Origin: Marsupella aquatica
Taxonomy: Eukaryota > Plantae > Marchantiophyta
Length of the DNA: 64,000 bases
Direction of reading: 5' to 3'
Assembly (NCBI GenBank): GCA_973895155.1
Contig: OZ316896.1
Location: forward strand, 21,334,152 to 21,398,151
The stretch's first letter is position 1, and every line of letters begins with the position of its first letter. The translations under genes were made by a program, and so were the position numbers. Below the pieces are notes generated by a model. The model did no database searches, had not been told where the DNA came from, and was given only the letters and a program-made list of their open reading frames with translations. This document shows, piece by piece, positions 36,624 to 47,979 of this stretch.

Positions 36624-36920
36624 AAGCTTTTTGTGGATTGGCAGTGTGATATATTCCACCCTTCATTTTTGTTCAAGCTTTTTGTTGATTGGCAGTGTGA
36701 TATATTCCACCCTTCATTTTTGTTCAAGCTTTTTTTGGATTGGCAGTGTGATATATTCCACCCTTCATTTTTGTTCAAGCTTTTTGTTGATTGGCAGTGT
36801 GATATATTCCACCCTTCATTTTCGTTCGAGCTGTATGTTGATTTGCAGTGTTGAGTGATTGGCAGTGTAATATATTCTACCTTTCATGTTTGTTCAAGCT
36901 GTTTGTTGATTGGCAGTGTC
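36624..36920. repeat. 54-bp minisatellite, about 5.5 copies
   Basis: Unit GATTGGCAGTGTGATATATTCCACCCTTCATTTTTGTTCAAGCTTTTT. Confidence 0.92.
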
Positions 36921-39900
36921 ACAGTATACGAAAACGTTTTCTCAACCCGGTCCTATTTTTCCGCATCTAGGCAGTTCATCTGCCATTTTCAAGAAAATAC
37001 CCTCCTTGTGATATCAGCACGTCTCTCAAGAGAGCACTCTGCGTTGCCTAACAATGGGCATTCTGCTTTTGTGAGAGGTCCGCCATTTGGTAGAGAGTCC
37101 AGGCAAGTAATCACCCAAGGTGAGTCACAACGACTCCAGTATGGTAGTGGACTTGCAGAGGTATGGCTACTTACATACTAAACAGAAAATGAAAAACTAC
37201 TTGGGAGTCACAGAGGTGGATCCCAGAATGATACCGGTGATTAAACTTTTGGCAAAAGTTTAGGATGACTGTAAGGATCCAAGACACGTCTTGATCTTAC
37301 GACATTGTGAGTGAATTGAGAAGCAAGAAAAGATGAAACCCATAGAGCCAAACATGTTCATCAGGCTGGATTTAGATAGGGTTTCCAAGCAATCTGTGTA
37401 CTACATCCAAAATCTAAGCATTCCTCACTTGCACATAAAAGAGGAAGCATATTGAGGCAGCATACAGGACTATAGGCGCGCATAGAGCATATGACTAGAT
37501 TGTACTTTCAATTTTCATAAATTTCAAGCTCAAAGGATGATGGCAAATTTCATCGTTGCGTTCGAAAATTATCACAAAACTGCTCAGCGCTGTCCACCTC
37601 GCATGGGAGGATGTGAGATCATCCATAGCTCGCCGAAGCTGGGGCAGAAAGGTTAAGATTGTCTTCTAAAACGGTCAACGAAGCTTCCATAGATTGGCAG
37701 CATCCAGGAGATAATACATTTTGACGGTCTACGACAAGCCCTCAGATAATGCCAAGTTTTCCACGTACAAACGATCTGCTATGCCCTGGAGATCTGCTCT
37801 TCGAAAACCGATACTCTCTCCCATCCCTTCCGCTTGCTAGCCCACACCATAAACTTAGAGTTTGCTCCTCAGAGTTTCTAGTTAGGGCAAAGCTGTGCTA
37901 GAGATGCCGCAGAAGGGTGTAAGAAGAGCCTATCCCAAGGACGAAAGCAAAGAACCGTCACATGATTCAGTGTGGTTAAGACGATATACATCATTGGGCA
38001 AAGCTTCCGAAGATCCACAAACACAATGATAAACCCGATACCCTAGATTTCATCACATCGTGCTCCTCAAGCAGAATCAAATCAAAATGAGGGGCCAAAA
38101 GTGCCTGACCAAGCTCGATTACAAAAGACCCGTTAAGTTTCACGTAAGCAATCACAATGGTCGGCGAGGGTTGTCCAGTAACTTCGGTGGGACACAGGGT
38201 TCGGGAGAAAGCCGTGTCCCACTGACGTAACTGTAACATGTCCACCAGCACCGTCATACGGGACACAAGGGAAAGAGAACACTAAAACGAGCTCCACCCT
38301 AACGAGCGCAACAATGATACATGAATCACAGTGACAGGTGAAATATTTAGCTCCAGATCGAGCCTTTTTCTAGCGGATATTAAGATTTAGGGTATGAATG
38401 AACAGTTCTCACTGTAATACAATGCTATTTTTTCTTCAAATAAAAGAACAGCCGCCAGACTCTGGCTACTCCACAGAAAGCAGTGAAACAGACCCACAAC
38501 AGCCGACACTCCAGATGGATCGTTGATTCAAAACACGGAGCAAATGTAATGTACACGGACAACTGCAAAGAAATCCAAAACGAGAAACTACTTGATGGAA
38601 AATAAAACAACAAAGTCTAAGAGAGCGAGAGCGAGACAAGAACTCAAAATGGGTCCAAGAAAGAGCCAAAGCGGATCAAAACATTGCCCTACACAGAGCA
38701 CCTCCACCTAGAAAGTCTGTAGATATAAGGCTAGGGCGGAAACCGGGGCTCATTCTATCAACAACATGAATCCGAAACCACAGAATGCAAAAGACAAGGC
38801 ATCGAACAAAGGCCATGAATCGAGTAAGCACAGAAACGAAAATGAGCCATGGAAGACAGTCTTCCAAGTTGAGCACGGAACTTACCAGTGACGAAAACCT
38901 GTTGGTCAAGACATGAGAGACACGACCGAAGCCAGTCACGTCTGTAGTAAAGATCATATGAGATTGGAGGCTCACATTTTGGGAGCCACTGTGGCAAAGG
39001 CAATGAAACCTTAATACTATGGGAGGGCTCGAACATGGAACCCATCCAGTGTGAGGACTTTTACCAACGAGCCTGAATGCTGATGAGAGATGATGACAAA
39101 ATTGTTTTTTCAGGGCAAAAAAAAAGATGATGACAAAATGAGCAGCCTGCATTTACATTCCATCTTGCTCATTCATATACATTTGGTGGGGCCCTCTTAC
39201 CCTCTAGAGACTTCACTCTAGAAGCCTAGACCTCACCTCTAGCCCAACCTCTAGTTTGCGCTTTATAACTAAGATAGGGCACCTAGATTGATAGGGCGAC
39301 TATCAATCCTAGAGGATTATCAATCCTAGAGGTTTGCTGAAAAAAACTTGGCCCAAAACTACCCATTAGGTCACAGGTCAGGAGTGTACGAATATGCATT
39401 TTCGAGTCCACCACTTTTTCTCTGGGAATTTGCCTTTGACTGCCAATTGAGGCAGAGATGAGAGATTTGAGATGCCCTGATGGGGCATAAATTTGCTCCC
39501 ATGGTCTGAGGCCAGCGAACTGTTTCACCTTATACATTTCTAGTCTTCTAGTGTAAAGTTGGACCTTCAATCTAGTTCTTGATATCCAATGCAATAGGCT
39601 CTGATTGGGAGAGTTAGAAGTGGCTTGGAAATTTCTCTCTAACCAATCTAATATCTTTAGTTTCAACCAAAAATTGACCTACTTATGGATTTTTAGGGAT
39701 TGATGTGTAGTGTATATTACACAGATGAGTGAAATATCACAAGAAAAGAGTCACATTAGAGACAGAATGATGCTTAGTGGATAGATCTTACACACAAATT
39801 TCTAAATTACCAGAAAAGTCAAATTTTTCCTGTGGATATAGAGCAGATAATAAATGCAATAGCTAGTTGTTCAACAACTTTGGGAACCACAAAATATAAA

Positions 39901-41519
39901 CAATCTCCACATGTGAGACTCTAAAAGCCCGGATGGACCGAGACATTGTTCCTGCCCATCCCCATGGACTGTGTATACAATTGAGGTTTTTTACACCAAT
40001 AAGAAAAGGGAACCTGTCACGGATCACAGTTGACTACTCTTACTACCTTGTGGACAAAGTAGTCAAGACATCACGTAGTGTTTTAAATAAATGACCTCAA
40101 TTGAGTGTAATGGCTTAGCAAGGTTGCTGGAGAAAAATTAAGCTTCTTAGTTTTTCTTGAGGCTCCAATCTTGGCTCAATTGAAAGCAAGCCTAAAGCCT
40201 AATTGGTAAATCCTAAAACATTTGCGCCACTCCATCGCTTCCATATCACGGATTAGAGCCCGCCTCTTTAGAAAATTGTCAAGTCAATATGAACTTTACC
40301 ATGAGCAGTTTGGGTGATTTATTGAAAGTGCTTTTGGACCTCCATTTAAGCTGAAATGTTTCCAGCATGGTCTTTGATGTTCAATCTAGTACTTGACAAA
40401 GTTTGAGACTTTTTTGAGATCATTTGCTTCATTTCCAATGAACACAAATATGGTCTAAATCATGATTTTACTTGACACTTGGAAATCTTCATGTGGGTCA
40501 ACTGAAAACAGGTAAACCTGAGTTAGTAATGGCATGCATGATGTCTTGACGTCTTTTAGGTTCAAGGTAGTCAAGTTAGCGACGAGATCGGTTTGATAAT
40601 ATAACCGAGAATATAACTGACACCGGCTGCAAACAATTGCAAGTCACATTTAAGTTAAAAGTGCAAATAATGTTATATGAGGTGATTTCAATGTTTTGAG
40701 CAAGTTCATCCAAACTTTGCCAATCTATTTGGGCTGGATAGACAAAGTGAAGGTCCATCTAGTATTCAATTTCCTAAACATGATTCTCTTTTCCATGTCA
40801 TGCTTGACTCATCCATGTAATATGTATTATATCAAGAACTATAATACACAGTTGCGCCACTTTTTAGAGTGGTCGTCATTCAAATTTACAGGGCACAAAA
40901 ATTAAAAAATCTGGTCAAAGGTAATTGAGTTTAGTGTGAGTCACAAAAAGTTGCACAAGTGCCCAAGACAAGCAAGAATAGTCACACGAGGCACACCAAA
41001 AAAGAAGTGAAAGACTTTAACATAATGCACAAGGATCAATACACAAGGATCAAAGAGTATACATCCATGCAAGTAAATATTGTACATATTCACATGCAAA
41101 TTTGTATTGTACATATTCATTGTACATATTTCAATATTGTCTGCATCATAATTTTGTTTAATAATGGTAAGAGTCCATAAAAGTAATTTAATTGCTAATA
41201 ACATTTTAGTCACTACATCAATAAAAAAATTGTTCTCCCAATATTTGTGGTGATTTTTACAGTCATTTGCAATGTCATTTTCAATGCCAAAAAAACAAAA
41301 ATAATAAGGCCCAAAGACATAGTGAAGCGCATGGCATGGGTGTTGATGGCAAGGTCTCAGGCGAGGGGCACACTTGCAATGTAGGGTAGCCCCTCGATCT
41401 CACATGGGTGGGGAAGGGGGCGGTGAACGAGTGGAGTGATGGTGAATGTGAAAAAGAGAAGACCAAAAATAGGAAAAGGGGAAAAGGGGTAGGTTAAGGT
41501 TTGAAAAGAACAATCTTTT

Positions 41520-42046
41520 TGTTAACAACATCTTTTGTGCAACGCACAGGTATTTTCCTAAACAATGTCTTGGCCGACACGACATCTTTTCCCTCAACGA
41601 TGTCTTTGCCGACACAATATCTTTTTTCTCAACAACATCTTGGCCGACATGACAATTTTTTTAACGACATCTTGGCCGACACGACATCTTTTTTCTCAAC
41701 GACCTCTTGGTTGACATGATATCTTTTTTTCTCAACACTTCTTTTCTCTCAATGAATGACCTTTAGGGCGACTCGACATAATTTCTCTCCACGACCTCTT
41801 GGCTGACACGTCCTTTTTTCTCAACGACATCTTGGCCAACATGACTTCTTTTCTCTCAACAACCTCTTGGGTGACACGACATCTTTTCTCTCAATGACCT
41901 CTTGGGCGACACAACATTTTTTCTCTCCAAGACCTCTTGGCCAACACAACATCTTTTCTCTCCACGACCTCTTGGCTAACATGACATCATTTTTTCTCAA
42001 CAACATCTTGGCCGACACGACTTCTTTTGTGCAACGCACAGGTATT
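41520..42046. repeat. About 32-bp degenerate tandem array bracketed by a 23-bp direct repeat
   Basis: Unit CAACGACATCTTGGCCGACACGACATCTTTTTTCT, about 14 copies. CTTTTGTGCAACGCACAGGTATT occurs at about 41532 and 42024. Confidence 0.85.
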
Positions 42047-43567
42047 GAGCTAGTTCTAGCATAAAATAGGGTTTCATTGCAGTCCATCTTGGTTATAATA
42101 GGGCGTCTCAGATCTCAGGTTTGGCTGGTTGATGCCCGGGCTTCCGTAACTAAGAAGTTACGGATATTCCCGTAACCCTTACGGGAGGCCAAAACAGGCT
42201 CCCATAATTTGTTGTTGTGACCATTGCCCATATTAACCTGTGTATTGTAGGCAACGGGCATGTGTCATTGGCATGAACACTGTACACTATTTTTGGACTC
42301 ATGTACTTGAATTCAGACTATAATTTGAACGTCCATGGCTGCCAATGCGCAGTGTTGCTGCTTAGGTGTAGAGAGACATTTTGCAAGTCAGAGCATTGTG
42401 GGTGATTTGTTGATGATAGAGAGGCCAACGTCGTAAAATTTCCATGCTGCAGCATTTTGCAAGAGCATTGTGAGTGATTTGTCAATGATAGAGAGGGCGA
42501 TGTCATGAATTTTCATTGCTGTGACTATTGATGACATTGCAAAGCAAAATTGGATGCGATCAAGCATAGTGAAGATTGCAGATTTATCTGTTTAATAGCT
42601 GTTATCACTCCTTCAACGGCAGTGGACAAGCCGGCCTTCAAGAATTCCTAGATGAAGTCACACATCTAAAGCTCTTTTTAAGCGACTGCAATTGTTATAT
42701 TGTGCAATGTATATGTGATTGCTGCAACTCTTTTAACTGAGTATTGGCAATGGATTGCAGAATTTGAAAAAAGTTTCATGGACTTCACTTGGCGATATGA
42801 ATGAAAGAAGCTTCGTTAGAGCGACTGTTGTATTCCCCTCATCTCTAGCTTGGATTGTGAACTATACGGCTCCTAATTCACATCCCCAAAAATGTGTGTA
42901 CTCTGCATGCCCTCATAGATGAGAATAGGTTGGAAACTGGTCGCTTGTGTGCCAAATCTCTTGAATTTGGACCCAAATGTGACCACAACCTCCTAGGGAC
43001 ATATGCTCTCAGATTTGGTGTTTGACTCGTTGATGCAATCCATGGGGAGATGAGACCTGTCACTGCCCAACTCTGGGATGTTGGCTTGGGAGGTTATCTT
43101 AGTTAATGTATATTTTGGGGTACCACGTGTGATCATAGCCTATTATAAATACATCTATTTTACAAATACAATATTTCAAGAATATTTTTTAATTTCAATA
43201 TTAATAACATATTTACTTTATAAAATGTATATATTAAAGAATATTCTATAAATGTGACAATATGTTCTTTTGCCTCCTACGCTTTTAAGAGATTTAGCTA
43301 ATTTATATAAAAACTACCTATTTTGGATCGCATGTGGTTTCTAAAATTTTTCATAGTCAACCCCTCGAGGATGTTGGAAAGATTCTCCTAGATTGCTCTG
43401 CAAATGATTTCTTTGCATGTAGTGAGCAAGCTCATAATGATTCCTTGCATTCCAATACCCAGGATTCACTGAGAGTGTCAAAGATTTGGCTTTATGTTTC
43501 AGAGTTTTATATCAAAATTCAGATTTGACATTCTTTGATGAACGTCATTCAGTGAATATTCCCCCAA

Positions 43568-43650
43568 CCCAAGCATGCTTTAGGTCTCCACAATGTAGTT
43601 TGAAGCACACCCAAGCATGCTTTAGGTCTCCACAATGTAGTTTGAAGCAC
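43568..43650. repeat. 42-bp tandem duplication
   Basis: ACCCAAGCATGCTTTAGGTCTCCACAATGTAGTTTGAAGCAC occurs twice. Confidence 0.9.
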
Positions 43651-44544
43651 AGTGAACTGCTCACTCCCCATTCACTAGGACAAAGCCGTGACAAGACATC
43701 AAAGCATTCCAACAAAAAAACTGTAAAACCCGTGAAGGAAGCTATAGAGGACCTGTCTACGGCTTCAAAGTACTCTGATTTGGATGACTAGGAGAAGTTG
43801 TAGTGTTCATTTTTGATACATAGCCCCGACTACCCGTGCTTTGATCATGAATACTTAGCGGACATGACAATAAAAGTATCACCAAAGTATTTCCTATTCA
43901 CATTCTTTGAATTTTAATGAAATGATAAAAAATTATCATACATGTCATCATTTTAATAACATACATAACAGACCATTCTCCTCTCCATACACATTTCTCT
44001 TTCTATGCACATATGTTATGGTGGGGCCATAGAGTACATTTTTTGAACATGCATGATAATTATTATTTGACATACATCATAGTCATAAGTTTTCCCATTC
44101 ACACGGTGGACCATTGAGTTAAGGTCTAGAGGCATTGAGTTAAGGTCTAGAGGCTTCACTCTAAAAGTTTAGCCTCCAACTCTAGCTTGTAGTTTGCCAC
44201 TTTATAAGTAAGATGTGTTGGGCTAAACCAAGTTTCCACACCACACGCAACCAACTTAGTGATCTGTTATGTAATAATATTATATTATTATATACTATAT
44301 GAGCATGAAAGAGGGTTTCCTTGCAGTCCATCCTGGTTTGAAAAGTACTTTCCAAGAATTGTGGCAAAAGTGGAGGTCCATCTGGGTTTGATTTCAGAAT
44401 CTCTGGGCTATATTTTACTCAGGGTCTTGGTAATTGCACATCAAAATATGATATATATAGTCTACGAATTACTCCATACCATGACAAATGTCCTTATTTT
44501 TCCCATACTATGATTAACCATCCTTATTTTCTTTAAATTAGTGA

Positions 44545-45215
44545 GTGCACACATATATTACCACATTTTGATGTGTGATTATCGACAGGATTTTACTCAG
44601 GGGATGTGTGCACACACATATATTACCACATTTTGATGTGTGGTTATTGGCAGGGTTTTTCAGGGGATGTGTGCCCACATATATTACCACATTTTGATGT
44701 GTGGTTATTGGCAGGGTTTTTCAGGGGATGTGTGCCCACATATATTACCACATTTTGATGTGTGGTTATTGACAGGGTTTTTCATGGGATGTGTGCACAC
44801 ATATATTACCACATTTTGATGTGTGGTTATTGGCAGGGTTTTACTCACGGTATGTGTACACACATATATCACCACATTTTGATGTGTGATTATCTGCACG
44901 GTTTTACTCAGAGGATAGGATGTGTGCACACATATATTAACACATTTGATGTGTGATTATTGTGTGGACACATATATTAACCACGTGTGATTATGGCACG
45001 TGTGAATATGGCTATATTAACACATTTTGATGTGTGATAATTTGTGTGCACACATATATGTGTGATTATGGGCAGGGTTTTACCGAGGGGATGTGTGATT
45101 AACACATTTTGATGTGTGATAATTCGTGTGCACAGATATATTACCACATGATGTGTGATTATGGGCAGGGTTTTACCGAGGGGATGTGAGATTACCGGCA
45201 AGGGTTTTACTCGGG
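44545..45215. repeat. About 60-bp minisatellite, about 10 copies
   Basis: Unit GTGTGCACACATATATTACCACATTTTGATGTGTGGTTATTGGCAGGGTTTTTCAGGGGAT. Confidence 0.92.
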
Positions 45216-45289
45216 GTTTGACTCGGTGGAGGGGACGTGGCAATGCACGACGCCGACGAGAGGCACTGATCGAAGTGAGCAAGAGAGAG

Positions 45290-45990
45290 AGAGATTCAGC
45301 AGAAGTGGCAGTGGCACATCGGCCGAGGATTTCGCGACGAGCAGCGTACCAGACTACCAGCGTACTGTGGAGTGAGCTGCTGCTGCTGATCTGACGAGAA
45401 CGGAGCAGGAGAGATGTTGCAGAGGATTCCAACCCCTCATCAGCTGGTCTGAGAAAGGCAGTGGAGCGGAGAAGAGCGGAGAGGAGGAGAGCGAGAATGA
45501 GCAGCAGAATTGGCAGACGCGCTTGGGCTGAGGATTTCGCGACGCGCAGCATCCTACTGTAGGTACTGTGGAGCGAGCTGCTGTTGATCTGACGAGAAGG
45601 GCGCAGGACAGATGTTTGTAGACGATTCCAACCCTTCAGCTGGTCAGAGGAGAGGAGGGATAATAATGTTGCAGCAGAATTGGCGCTTTTGGCTGAGGAT
45701 TCCGCGACGAACAGCGTACTAGTGTGCTTTCGAGTGAGCTGCTGCTGTTCTGACGAGAAGGGAGGAAGAGATGTTTGTAGAGGGTTCCAACTCGTCAGCT
45801 GGTCTGAGGAAGGACGAGGAGAGGATACGAACGATAATGAGCAGCAGAATTGGCAGAGGCGCTTCGGCCGAGGATTTCGTGACAAGATACTGTGGAGTGA
45901 GCTGCTGCTGATCTGACGAGAAGGGAGCAGGAGAGATGTTGTAGAGAATTCCAACCCGTCAGCTGGTCCGAGGAAGAGTAGAGGAGAGGA
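45290..45990. repeat. About 165-200-bp GC-rich tandem units, 4 copies
   Basis: Recurring TGTGGAGTGAGCTGCTGCTGATCTGACGAGAAG..GAGATGTT..TTCCAACCC..TCAGCTGGTC..GCAGCAGAATTGGC at about 45365, 45568, 45735 and 45892. Confidence 0.85.
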
Positions 45991-46430
45991 GAAGAGGTCT
46001 TTGCACCAAAGGGTGCCGTAGGGCGTAAGTATGGAAGCCACTCTAGTTGGCTGACGTCTTGGGCATGCGAGCGGACAGATCTCGATTTGCTGTTTGAGCG
46101 ACTGATTCAATTGTACAGTGTCGGAATCGTTGCCAGGACGCGTAAGCTTGGGCGCATTGGAGCAATCTACTCGTGCGACTGATTGATTTAATTTTTCTAC
46201 ACGATCGACTGAATGGTTAACATTGCCGAAGTCGTTGAAAGCAAAGGAGAGGAGGAATATAGCACGAGCGTAGAATGACTCGATTTTGAGTAGGGAGGAA
46301 GGCTCCACGGCATTGAAGGCAGTGCACGGGACGAAGCGGGATAGGAAGAGTACGTGAGGACTGCGAACAACACATTGCTGAGACATCAGTGAGGCTGACA
46401 GAATGCTCGAATCAGGGGCGTCCATCGTAG

Positions 46431-47531
46431 CGAGAGGGCGGGACGGACCGATACGAGAGAAGAACATTTGCTGGCGTCTTTCCTTGTGATCAATTGGTGA
46501 ATCAGCTTACAGGTACTGACACGACGAAGATTCCAGTGTACTGTACGCGTTGCGTGGTTGAGGGGGTCTGGATGGCTGACTGATGTATCATATGAGGGCA
46601 GGGGAGATTTTCTTTGGTGCAGAGGATTGACCTTTTTTGGTGGGGGTCGTACTGCGCAAGCTTCTTACCTCTGTTTCGGCACTGTGAAGGAAGAGCGATT
46701 TATTCTTTGCGGGTGGATGTCTCGAAGGTGAATAATGCACGGTGCTTAAGCTTTTGGTACTATTTTTTGTGCTGCGGAGACATTCATGCGAAAGAGAGCA
46801 TATGAAAGATTGATCCCCATTTCATTCAGCGCGTGAAAATTCTGTTCGGTGGAGTGACGGATCACATCAGGAGCTATTGTTCCACAGGACCAGCTGCTGG
46901 CATTGTGCAGTGGGAGTTGCTGTTGCGGCTGTTGTTTACGGAGGGGCAACTTGATCTGCCAATGCCGTCTATTCACGTCTGTGCACGGCAAGGTTTCGAG
47001 GATGGGGATTCTGCGAGCTTTTCTTCTCTCATTTTGATAGAGGATTGGAGGGCCTCTTCTCGCCAATTTGTTGAGGAGGTATGCGACCTTATGAGCGCTC
47101 CGCAGGTGGGAATGCTACCAGATGACGCATTATTTATCGTGGACAATGCGGTCGTGGATAATTGGAGTTTTTCATCCTCAAATAGGCCGGATGGTGCTTG
47201 GTTTAGCTACCCACCGCAAGCTTCTCCGACCGTAGTTGACAGGACAGAATGAGACAGTAGAACTTTGGACTGTGCAACGCTCCAGGTTGGCTACTGGTTT
47301 TCCGACGAGCAATATTGAGCCGTCGTGCTCTTTCTCCTTCGAAACACAACTCTGTGTGCTTCTCTAATTAGAAGGCTGCACTGTAAAACCCTATATAGCT
47401 TAATTCAGATGGGTAACTGGTTCAAGGATAGCCCGAATCATTGTTCCAGACGACCAATGGCATTGTATTTTGTAGAATATGCAAGACAATCTGCGCGAGC
47501 GACTGATGGAGCTATTTTGCTTGCTACTTAA
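46431..47531 (+). pseudogene. Decayed long reading frame of unknown origin (TE-borne ORF or relic 5' part of the CLASSY gene)
   Basis: Track ORFs 46614, 46833 and 47325 share one frame. Across about 366 codons only 5 internal stops occur, all TGA, which is compatible with CGA>TGA deamination. Confidence 0.4.
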
Positions 47532-47979
47532 ACTGTTGTTTAGACTCCGCAGGCAGATTTCGCTAGGTACATTCTGTTTTGTAAGTCTGCATGTGTTTAA
47601 AGCCTGCAGGCAGACTTTGTATGCTGCTGGTGTTGACAATCGTGAGTCCGGGGCGCTCGTGTCGAGTGGTTCTTCGTTAGAGGTTGGCAGAGAGAAAAAT
47701 GCGAGATTTTCTACCCATGTTAAATTACCACTCAGGCACGCAGAGTCTTAGGGAATTTGTCACGTGCTTCATATAAATGCTGACCAGGCCTGGAATGGTA
47801 GTAAAACATATACGGAGTATTTGTTTTGGGGAGTATATGGTGGCGACCGTCCTGAACTGCATCCCCATGAGCTTGATTGCCAAAGCTGAACTCGATTTGA
47901 TGGACGGTACTGCCGCTTTGTTAGAGTCTCCGACCAGCACCGATGTCGAATTTCACCTCTGACTCGATAACTGGTTGAG

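Noticed and set aside
36624-36920. Regularly spaced repeats resembling a CRISPR array (also 17250-17655, 41520-42046, 44545-45215)
   Set aside because: No unique spacers, no cas genes, and the context is eukaryotic. These are minisatellites.
44977-46467. 496-aa - strand ORF
   Set aside because: About two thirds is translated tandem repeat and no domain was recognised. It is probably open because the repeat unit lacks stops in this frame.
46465-46500. FAGVFPCDQL resembling the adenain/Polinton protease N-terminal motif
   Set aside because: The downstream NTD..G.HW and FDS.G catalytic motifs are absent.
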